Source: Botryllus schlosseri (Eukaryota). Taken from it: a DNA stretch of 64,000 nucleotides. This document shows positions 25,701-37,700 of this stretch, one piece after another. The notes under the pieces are model-generated. The model was not told where the DNA came from, ran no database searches, and saw only the letters and a list, made by a program, of their open reading frames with translations. The translations under genes were made by a program, and so were the position numbers. Position 1 is the stretch's first letter; the number at the start of each line of letters is the position of its first letter. The stretch covers positions 25,048,001 to 25,112,000 of the forward strand of contig CM119372.1 of NCBI GenBank assembly GCA_051294905.1, written 5' to 3'.

Positions 25701-28700
25701 GCTCGCTGACTTGGACTCGGACTTGACTCGGTGGTGAAGTAAAAATGACTCGACTTGACTCAAGTCACAACTATAAAAGTGAGATTGACTTGTGACTCGA
25801 AGCCTTGAGACTTGGTTACTACAACCCTGGTTTCAGCCGAACGGTACATTCCTGAAGAATTCATACAATGCTTTGCAAATATTTGAGCTGCCTATTTTTA
25901 TGTATTGGAAATACTGAGTTGTGTGACGTGTGTAGCACCGAACGAACGGAATGAATATTGAAACGCTTTCTCTGTAGGATGCCGCGGGATGCGAGGAAAT
26001 TGAAAAGCACCAACGAATCAGACTCGTTCGGTTCTCTAGAAGAGGACAGCAGTATATCAGAGGCGGAGAGGAATCCCGAGCAAAAATCAATCAGAGTCAT
26101 CACAGGTAAGGATATTTAGATCGCTTCAATATTCTTAAACTGGCAGACCTGGTCAACGAAATATAAATAATGAAACGAGAAATTGAACAGTATCTTCATA
26201 TGGAAATGAACCCGAATATTTTCGGCTGACACTCGTCAGGGGTGATCGTCAGCAACTAGCAGAGAATTGGAAAGAACATTCAATATCAACAATCGTATCA
26301 CAAAATATGACGTCACCAGCATGAAATTTCAAACGAGAGAGCGATGGTGATATGATTGTTGATATACAATGTGCTTTCCAATTCTCTACTAGTTGCTGAC
26401 GATTACCCCTGACGAGTGTCAGCCGAAAATATTCGGGTTTATTTCAATATGAATATACTATTCAATTGTATATTGAAGTTCTGTACCTTCAAGAAGCTCT
26501 TGAAACGAAAAATGTACAACAAAAGATATTCAATAGTGTATTTCCTCCGTTTTAGCCTCGAAATCTCAGCCAGTCGTAGTTCAGCATCGAAAAACACCTA
26601 CAAAGCTACTAATATTCATTCAATGACATTTCTGTCAAATACCAATCCGACCCTCACGATGGTCACAATCTCTCAAAGCGCTGTGAAATGGTCATGGTGC
26701 AGAAATATATAATATAATTGAATGGTATATTCATATTGAAATAAACCCGAATATTTTCGGCTGATGCTCGTCAGGGGTAATCGTCAGCAACTAGTAGACA
26801 ATGTAAAAGAACATTGTATATCAACAATCGTACCGGTATCACAAAATATGCCATCACGAACATGAAATTTTGAATACCATAGTGTTCAATGTACTATTTT
26901 TAGATGGTACACAACCTTTTGTTGACACAGCCTTGGCTGGTGTATTTTGTTAAAAGTCGACTCCAAGGCACACATGAAAATGTGAACGGCCCCTCCCAAC
27001 GACACGAAATCTGTCTTCTCAATAATTTTTCGCACAAGCGGGATTTTCCGACAGATCTTTGCCAATGGCAGAATTGATGGCCATTGATTGCTGAGCGTCA
27101 AGCTTGAGCGGATGAGTCAAGGGTGAGCTTTTCACCGAGCGTGATGCGCGTGTCCCAATAAATGAAGGGACATGCAAATGTTGATTTATGCGTTCCCGCA
27201 AACGCTTTGACGTTCTTCCCACGTAGCCACAATCGCAGTGACACTTATATTCGTACATTACATTACTTTGTTGAAGTGCAGTAAGCACGTCTTTACGTGT
27301 TGAAGGGAGCAGTTACGTTGTCGTAAAAATCACGTTGGTCTTCACTGTGTCATAACACTTACTGACCTCTGAAATCAATTGCTTTTCAAAGCCGTTGGAA
27401 ATAGGGACCCCATCCAAGGTAGACGGATGTAAACATCTTTGGTTGTTGGTTGTACGGCACGGAATGTGTTCGCGATTCGTTCACTTTCGACAGTGAAATA
27501 CGAAATCTGGATCTGCCTGTGGACTCAGAAGTGTTCCTGAGCTCATTTGATATCTCATATAATATTTTAGACGATGGGTAACTAGCATCGTTTATTGCGC
27601 CCGCAGAAAAATATGTAACCTTTTATGTCGTTGTTTGTCTACTGTTATGATATCCTAATAGGGTTATTTGCAATCAAATCCCCCAGCTACTCCATTTTGC
27701 CCCTAATAAATACACAAACACGAAGCAGAACCGCACTCTTCACCAGCTCTGTTCGAACCTCTTTTTGCAGATCTTTCGATAAAGCAAGGTCTCACCAACC
27801 CCGACTCGGACACTCCAGACGAGGAGGACGACAAGTCCACCTACAGGGCGGAATTCAAACTGTACAAGCGAAATTACTATCAGGAAAAACTCCACTTTGA
27901 GGTGAGCGGTTCCGGAATGGCGGGTGTCCGCTCTGGTTTTTGAAAGGCTAATTATTCAGGGTACCGAGGGCGAAGTTGCCAAGATTGCGTACGAATATGT
28001 GCTCGCCATACAATGGATCTGCCACTACTACTACAATGGAGTACAGTCGTGGAGCTGGTGATTATCGAGAGTCTATTTTCGAAGTCAAATTCATTTTTGT
28101 TATAGTGATGTTTGCTTGTAACTGGGCCAAAGATGGAACGATGAATCACATACTGACTTAATCCCGCACCCAATTCTGTAGATTTGAGATGATACCCCTT
28201 TGCCGACCACTGCTTTCGAGTTTTCAAGTGCTTTAGTGGTTGAATTTTCAAATTTGATGCTTCGCTAACTGTGTTTTTCCGTATCTTTGGTTCACTTTGG
28301 TAAGCAGAGATCTCAATTGGTAGAACGGGGATTTTATCTTCCTAGAGGTGAAGTTTCAGTACATTTCGGTGAATATTATTTTTCTCTCTCCAGGTACTAC
28401 CCTTACCACTATGCACCGTTCTTGTCTGACATTCGAAACCTTGGCAGAATGAAGCTGACTTACGACATGGCGAAACCGTTTTTACCTTATGAGCAACTTC
28501 TTGCTGTTTTGCCGGCAGGAAGCAAGGAGTGCCTTCCCGAGCCATTTTGGGTTAGTATTTTTTATCCGATGAGACAGCGTCTCAGGTGAAATCTCTGCAA
28601 CCATTGAGTTACATGCTCCAAGTCTGGATTTTGTTCTGAATCACTGAATTTTGACGGAAATTTGTGTTGGGTTCAAGCATCATATTTTAGTCCATATCCA

Positions 28701-31700
28701 GCACCCTCGCTTCAAAAGTCACTATTTACGTCGGTTCCGTGTCTAAATTCTGATCCTGTTAGGCAACATCGGGCAATCCAAATCTAGTCAAGTCTTCAAA
28801 CTTATTTCAAACCCGATTTAAATGTGGCGTAAACATTACGCAGCCATTTACGCCGATCACCCCTACCTTGATAAAAAATGCTACATCGCCGGAATGGTTC
28901 GATACCGAAATTTGTGTCGCAATGTTTCAGGATTTGATGTCGAGTTCCGCATCGCCGATCATTGATTACTATCCGACCGACTTCACTTGCGATCTGAACG
29001 GCAAGCAGCAGGAATGGGAGGCTGTCGTTTTGATTCCGTTCATAAACGAGGTAAAATGTTTGATGGACCGCAAATAAAACTGTAGATTACTTTGTATCCC
29101 AGTGTCAATTCAATTGTAATTAACTCAACAGGAGCGATTGCTATCAGCGATGATACCTTGCATAAAAGCGCTCTCCAAACCAGACAAGGAACGTAATAAA
29201 CACTCGGGATGTCATTTGTACACGTTTGATGGCAATTTGGATTTTTACGTCAAGTCATCCCTGACCGGCACCTTTCCCAACATAGCGCACTGTAATGCGA
29301 GGTAAATTGTCAATCGATTATTATTTGATAATGTTCTCAATTGGTATGATGTAATGTGGCTTAAGAAGCTGAAGGCAAATCACAGTAATGACGTTGTTTG
29401 AACAATTAATGATGTTTGTTTTAAAAATGTTGCAGATACACAGAGCAGGGATGGGTATAATGCTTGCAGGCTATTGTACCTATTATTCTATAAGAATTGT
29501 TAACTAGTTGCTTGAATGTCTGCACAGTGTGAGGTTGAGTGTTTATTTTTATTGTCTTTAAGTTCAGACTCCATAAGATTATGCGAGATCGATATCAAAA
29601 TGTTACATTTCTGTGGTTTGTAAACCCTTTTTTGAGCAGGTGGGGCAAAGGAGACTGACTTTGTTTTACTTCGTATATTCAATTATTAGCGTCTGGATTA
29701 GATCGGTCTGATAGGCCTGATATCTTACTCTGTAGAAATATCTGTGTTGTCTGACTATGGTAGATGTTTATTACTACGTCAAATAATGTCATCGCTGCAA
29801 CAATTTTTATGAATGAGAGAAGCTCTTGGGTATTTTGGATTTATATATGAAGGCTTTAAAGTTGATCACTTCTCGATGGAAATGATGAAAAGTTGAACTC
29901 AGTTGAAGTATTATCGTCAGTATAGTTTATATGTCACTTATTTTTCAAATACAGCCACTGATTACAGCAGGGGTGTCCAAACCGTGGCAGTGACTGGTTG
30001 CTAAAATGGGTGATAGCATGAAAAAGGTTTCTCACATAACACATCCTATCTATGTTTATCGCGACAAGCACGAGGTATCAGGGTCAGGACAGTCCCTTTA
30101 GATACAACAATGTAGGGAATATACTCTCACAAAATGGAGGTATTACTTCGTCGAACGTCATTGGGATATATTCTGTTATGTAGGCTGAGCTGGATGTTTC
30201 ATTGATCAACTTCACCATGCCGTTTTGACTCCTTGCTTTTTCGCCTTCGTATCGCAATTCTTATGGTATCTTGACTTGATAAAAAGCGGTATTACTGGTG
30301 GCATCTTTTTCAGGCTCGAAGTCATCCCGCTCCACGCATGGAGCAGCACCAGAGTGTCCGATTTTGTGAAAGGTCTCCTGCCGGGCTGCCGACTCTCGGT
30401 CTACTACCCGGGGTTCCCGACTTTCTATCATCTGCCGCACAGGTCAGTGCATTTTCACTGTCAACCTTGGGTGTGGACTGTGGAGTTTGAGTTCCAATAC
30501 ATTTTCCGTTGATGGAGTCGGAGTCACTGAAATTATGCAACACGCTTTGGATTTAGAGTTGAGGGAACGCATTGGCTGAAGTCGTAATTGAAGTTTCTTA
30601 AAATGCTCTAACTCTGACTCGAACTACTTATAAATTAAACCAAATGTTCTGAAATGTTACTAAAAAGTACCGTTGCAGTTGCAGAAGTTTTTCACGTAAG
30701 CAGACCTCCACACACTAAATTTATAAGCGAGCAAAGTTTTAAATTTCAAAAATAGGTCGATTCACTCGGTAATAATAGTAAGTAAACGTATAATTTTCTG
30801 GGTAGAATTACAGGAATGTTAGAGTCCGGAGTTCCTTGAAGGATTTATTGGGAGTTGGTGTATTGAATTTGATTGGAGTCTGGTAATACGAGCCGACTCC
30901 GCAGCCTGCTTGTGATTTTGTGCCGGTGACACGAGTTCCTTCTGTGCAGATGTGCCCTACAAAAGCGCGGCGTCAAAGTGTTTCAGATGCCGAGTCGTAA
31001 CGAGAATATGATCGTGTCCGTGACTCCGCCGACCGGGACAGCCGACTCTGATGGGCAACCCTACTCGGAAGACGACGTGAGTCTAAATTCCTTTTCTCTG
31101 AAATAAGACTTTAGCCCTGAGGCGGCCACTAACAAAGTGCTTCTAAGCAAGATTCCGTAGAATGGCAAAATATTCTTCTTGGTTAGTTGCCTCATTCAAC
31201 AGTTGCTTACACAGGGGTACATCATAATCTCCTTTTTGGATCCCAATGATGCCACAATACGATCTATCGATGACATTTTCCCCCACCGTGAACCTAATTT
31301 TTACCTCGTCATAAAATTGTGATGCATTTGCACCGAACAAAAAAAAAACGAATATCGCTCGTTGCACACGTTGTGGCTGATTATTAGAGTACCGTGTTGG
31401 TGTGCCAATAGAATCTCGCGATCTACCAAAAAGACCCTGCGATTGACCTTTTAAGCAACCCTACGTTTATCCATTTCTTTGATATTATACTTGTTGTTAT
31501 GGTGGAATATTGCGTGCTTCATACTCGTAGATTCAATCCTTTTGTTTAGCTTCTGGGTTATCGATATCTACTAGCATACCATGATGTGTTGCTTGTGATA
31601 GAAGGCAATCAACACTGCCTTTCAATTTGCCAGTTTACCAAGCATGTCCTCAATGCCGTTATTCACTCATCCTCAATCTCTAGACTATTGAAGATATAGC

Positions 31701-34700
31701 GAATCGGTTGCTGGGAACGTCAATCTACATCAATTGGCCGCATATGCAAGAAGCCAAAGTGGTGGCCGTGTCTGATGGAGATGTAAAGGTTGGTTTCGAC
31801 TATAATCAACACTTGATTTTGCGGTTAGAAGCAGTATGAATTTGTGTCTCGAACCGAACACAAATTTCAATTTTTAAATAATTAAAAGCGAGTATGGTAT
31901 TTGGATTTTAATCTTGGATCCAAAGCGTGATTCTACTAAAATTATAGCATATCTGGTAATTTCTGGTATATACTAATATCACCAAGTTATCATGTCGACG
32001 CCAAATTTTCATTTCCAGTTTGAGGTATCGGAGCACGTCCACGCGTCAGGAAACAAAGGCTCCAAACATAAAACGCATAAAAGAATGCTCACGCCGAAAG
32101 AATTTGACGCATTCCGGTTGGAAATAGAGGGCGTGACGGAATTGAATCTGGAACGCAGAGGAATCGAAGTCGGCGAAACCAAGATTATAGCGTACGCACA
32201 AACGATGCTGGGCCGGAAATACGTTTGTTCGGTGCAAGGACAAATCACCTTGGAGAAGCAGTGGGCGTCACACGCGAGACCGTACCCTCTGCAAGCTGCC
32301 GTCAAGGTAACTGACCTTTTACACTGACGGAATATGCGGTCAATGTTAGCAATTCGGCTTGATGCAAAAAACAAGTTTCACTCGATTTCAACCCGTAAAA
32401 GCGGAGTTATTTTGTGTTTTTCATTCATCATTCTGGGATTACCCACCGTCAATTCCATTTTTGCAAATCCAGAACTTTCAACTGTAATAATTTTACTTCT
32501 ACAGGTTGGAATTGAGTCAAATTTATTTTGCATCGTTTTTAAAGACAACTCAACAATTTCATGGGGTTGACAGAGAAATTTGAATTTTTTTTTTCAATTT
32601 TCCATAATAAATCAAAAATTTGTATTAGCTCTGCGGCGGCTTTTACTTTTTAAAATTGAACCAAATTTGGTGTGCAGCGTTTTTAGGGTAACCTGACAAT
32701 TTAAGCAGTGAATCACTGGAATCCGGAAAAAAAAAAGTTATTTTCGAACAACCCTAGTGTACACTTCGTCCTCTCAATTTTGAGGTTTGGGTCGCACCAG
32801 CTTTGTCCACATTCATATGAAAGAAATGGATGCAATTTGGCGAAAACCGAGTACCTGGGTGAATCAATGTAGAGTTGAGTATCAACGTTTAAGTCGAATT
32901 AAGTATTCCAACACAACACACAATGACGTCACACCCATAAGAATAATTTTGAAAATTCAAGTAGGTATGTTTGTTGCGGCCACAAGAAATATGATGCTAT
33001 GTTACATTTCATCCAACATAATTATATTTGGCCTGGACTATTTCGTAGCGCCTTGTGACCATTGTGAGAGTCGATCGCTACTTTTCAGAAATGTCGTTCC
33101 ATGAATATTCGTAGCCTTACGCACCATTTTTTTCAATGCTTGGACACGGCCAGCCTCGGTTTCAAGGCTTCAACTTTGGGAATAAAATTTGAAAACTATA
33201 TTTTTGATTGAAAAGTATTATCGATACTTGACTAGGATACGACAACACAAATACTCGTGCCCAGCCCTAATTGTCACTAATTCTGTCAATTTCCAGCCGA
33301 CCAACGGTCAGAAACCGCAACTTCACTGGCGAAGACAAAAGTCTCCTGTAAATGTTACAACATTTATCAGAACACTGTCTTTTCTCAGGATATAGCTGTG
33401 AAAGATCCAAACTTCCAGTCATTCAAGGATATGAATGAGTTGTTTCCTGTCGGGTCAATCGTTTTCATGCTCGGCAATCCGTACTACGGCTGCCAAGGAA
33501 AGGTGAGACGACATGCTTGTGATGGAAATAGTAACACAACGTTGCGATTTTTACCCTCGTATTTGAAATTACTTGTTTTGTCGGCGAGAAGCCTTGCTGA
33601 CTTTGTGGTATCCAGAATTTCCTGTTTGAATTTATCGAGAGCTATGCTTCGTTTTGACAGGTCACCGGGGTCCAGCACGGAATGGCGAGTTTGGAGTTGA
33701 AGACTCCCTGCGAACCAGATATCGAATCAGTCATAAGACAAAGACACGTAAGTCGTCAGCACAGAGTTTTACGCTATAAAAAGGATTTCTATTTCCAAAG
33801 GTTTCTGACAATCGGTACTTGATTTAAAATTGTGATGATGTGGACAATGTGGACATCTGAAAAAATTGTATAGGACCCACTTTCGATGTAGGGGTTGACT
33901 TCGGGCACGCTTATGACCAGAACCTGACCGATATCCAGAGGTGGTCGGAAAAAAAGTACTTCTGGTCTTGTCTTTCACAGTATTCAGTACTATGTAGTAG
34001 TGCTAGCACTTTCATACCAAATACTATTAGCATTACATATGTCAGTTGTTATCATTTTTGTAAGAAGTTTTGTCGAAACAAACTGTAAAGTAGAAGTGGA
34101 AGCAGTCTGAAAATGTAACCGCTCGAGCAAGCAACTAGTGCACTTACTCACGTAGGCTCTTGAGTACTCTAAAAAGTGAGACTGCTTGGCTACTGGCCAC
34201 CTCAGGATATCGGTTGAGCTCTAGTCTGCAAGCTCTATCTGAAATAGGCGATATCCGAGGGTGTCCATTTTAAAAATTTTGAGATCCTTGGCCATGGTTA
34301 TTCACATTTTTTCCAAATTAACCATGGCCAAGGTATATAGCCGAAAGAAAATGAAAACTTTACAAGAACTCAATTATCTCAAAATTGTTAAAATACACAT
34401 AAGCTACTTGTAATTCCACAGCGACGATAAGCTGACACATAACTGATAGAGCTTTGAACTTGTAACCATTCAGACCTTATGCTATTCATTTTTCCTACAT
34501 CGCCTTAAAAACTCGTCGCATTCAGGCCCTCTCTTCGCGATATTTTCATTCGTGGGAACTGGGAAGCCGGGTCGGCATATCCAACTACCTTCTGTCGCGC
34601 ATCACCGGCACCATTTTTGTGTTCTTCCCGGCCAATCGAAAATGGCAGATTGGATTGAATCTGCGCTTCACCAAGGAGAGCAGCGGCATCGCGGGCTACA

Positions 34701-37700
34701 CGAAAAACATCAACAAGGAATGGCTGTATTCCGAGGCTGTCGAGGGAGTGCTAGCTCAATATATGGAGAAGTAATTCAGTGTTGAAACTTGTCTGTTGAA
34801 AATTTTACGTCCGGCAAATGGCGTGTTAACAAATGAGCATGAGATACTTGAGGGTAGGATTAATGTTTGGGTTAGGATTGGGTTTTGGTTAGATTTTAGG
34901 GTTAGGGTTGGCGTTATGGGGCTAGGGTTGAGGTTAGGTTTATAAAGTCACATGTTCATGTTCAACTACCAAGCGTCCCCAGCAAATATGTGTCCGGGGT
35001 GTAGTTGAAAATTTTGAACAACTAAAATGTGTTATTATGACAATATTGTGTTACTGGACCTCAAAAGTGTCCAGTGATGTTGAACTCAGTTTGGGTCACA
35101 TGACAGATTCAAACCTTTTGATCGGTTTCATGCTAGACAGTCAAATGATTCCACAATACTACCTGCTAATTCAATCCTTCGGTGTTCAGCCAAATGCTAC
35201 AATATCAACCCTATACTTAGGTATGGCATTGTATTGTGGATTTATAGGTGCTGTATAGTAGCAACACCAAAGTGGGAGATTAAAGAATTATTTTACCACA
35301 ACTAACCTACCGTACTCGAAAATGTACATTTGATGAATTGAACTGACCAAATGAATTTGTGAGGCAGGAGACCTTTCGAGTCGGAACTGACAACAGCTTT
35401 TTACGTTATATTCTCTGAGCGTGTATGTAGCTTACATGCAAAAGTTTTGCATTTGTGTTTTCACCTCTGTGAACAACTATATTTTGGTCCATTCTCGGAA
35501 TTTGGTGTCGATGTAACAGACTTGTTACGACTCGTGACTAGTGTGGAAACCGTTAACATTGCCGTTATAAATGTGACGTATCAACATATTTAACATTTGT
35601 TGTCTTTTAGGGATTATTTTAACTGGGAATGTGCCTCACCTTTTGATAGAATTGTGCTAGATAATAAAAGCATATTTTAGCTTGATTGTCATTCCTGCAA
35701 GGACTGACATTCCTCATTTACGTCATCGTTTGTTTCGCAGATTCCCAACAGTGTTACGATATCTCCAATCGGCTTTGCACCGTAACGAAGACCAATTCGA
35801 CGCAATGGATATGACGCGCGCCGAGGACCAGGACGAGGCTGTAGAAAAGCTGAAGGAACTGACCGCCTGGCTCAAGTCGCTTCCTTGTTATCACGGTGAT
35901 AAAGTCAACCAATACTCGGACATGCTGGAGCCGACTGTTGTGGAACGTGTCTTGCAAAAAGTCGATGAAAGCCGGGTGAGCCGTTGATTTGGATAATGGC
36001 TTCGCCGCTGATTCTGGGATGCCATCGTTTGTACGAGCTGCGCCAAATCGAACACCCGAGTAGTTGTCGAGTGGTACGCTTGAACAAGTAATGGAACTAG
36101 GCAAAATCTACCGAGTAGAAGTAGAACTGCTGGGTAAGTGTGGAAGTGGTGGAAAAACACAACCATTTGACACTTCAGTAAGCAGTGCAAGAAAGCGCGT
36201 AGCCAGAAACGCGAAACCTCGTCCTTTTGAAATGACCATTCTGACACTAACGTTCGGTTGCAATTCAACAAGTCGAATTATCAGTGTTGTGCCCGCCAAT
36301 CAGCGAGATCCGTCTTTCCACATTCTGCATAATGTAACGCGACGCGATCTCGCAAAATTAGGTCATTGATTGACGCTCGCACGGCAGTCGTAGCTGGCCT
36401 GATTTATCGCCTCTCCAACAAACCTAGTCCGCTGGCTTGGAGTATCGCATCTGCAATAGGCCTGGTACGTAAGATGTCATCGCTGGCCCAACTCGGGCCT
36501 TGCATGCTTTCTCGCCTATCTCTCGATGGCTTGAAGACAATGCCGTTAAGTCTATGCTGATCGTGATTAAAGAAAGACATTGGAAAAATGAATGACATCG
36601 AATGTCCGCAAACATGTGCGTGCGTACATGCGTAATTCATTTCCACTAATACTTGATTTAATCATCAGAAGATGTGTGGAAAGGCTTTGAGTTATAAAAG
36701 ATGAGAAAGGTTTGAACCACCTGAAATCTGTGCCATTATAGAACAGATTCCGTAACAACTCAGACATTTTGACTTGCTCAAATTGACGCCAAGGCTACGT
36801 AATACTCGTTGATAAGACCACATATTTAATTTGTTCACGAGAGATTAGGGCAAGCCTATCATATGTGTAAGTTCTCAACACGAGGAGATTGTATAATCGT
36901 CATTTACGCATGCGCTTAACTCTAATGAATTGATGCTATATTAGTAAATTCGAAAAAAATCGAAATCACCCCCTTCAATTTTTCGGGTGGCCACGCTCCT
37001 GGGTGCAAGTAACCAAAACCTACTTGAGTGCTATAAAAAAGTAGACGCACTTCGCCCATCTTTACACCACTCTAATTTATCCAGAGTCGAATATTAAGCT
37101 ATTGGCTATAAGCATGGAATGGCAACGACCGATTTTTCTGCTTCGTTTCGCTGAAGCTATAGTGTGGATTGTTTTGCGGCGGTAACTATTTCTGACAATC
37201 CAAAAGCTATCATCCGGGACGCGGAAAATACTGAAGCTGGTCTTTATCGAAACGGTAGCATTTAATCAGGACCAGTTTCGCTAAATTCTACACCCTGGAT
37301 GATAGCTTTTGGATTGCCAGAAATTCTACAGTTACTGCTGTGCTGTGAAACAAATCTGGCTTCCAGCCTCTGCGTGGCGGAACAAAGCAGAAAAATTTTG
37401 TTGCCATTCCATGTTTTCATTCGGTAATTAAGTGTAGAATTCAATTTGATGGGTTTGATGGGTGGATTCAATGATGGGAATATGGTGTCAAAACCGTAAT
37501 TCCCGCCGATTAAATCCTTCTTTGGCGAAGTAGCTGTATGATTTCGCTGCATGGAAAAATAGACTTTCACGCTTCCACTCGAGTCATTGCAATCAGCACA
37601 CGAATCGGATTACTCCAATTACTTGTCTGCGAGACAGATCTCGACAGAACAACGCCATGTCGCAATATGTCTAATGGAACGCTTTCTGCAGAAAAAGAAC

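Noticed and set aside
36108-36299. Minus-strand ORF with an RNP1-like octamer (KGRGFAFL)
   Set aside because: Bounded by stops, no RNP2 or splice signals found, and the downstream half is TACT-rich repeat sequence; likely chance.
37262-37570. 102-codon antisense ORF in XRN1 intron 23
   Set aside because: No recognisable homology or expression signals; its length is within the chance range for this window.
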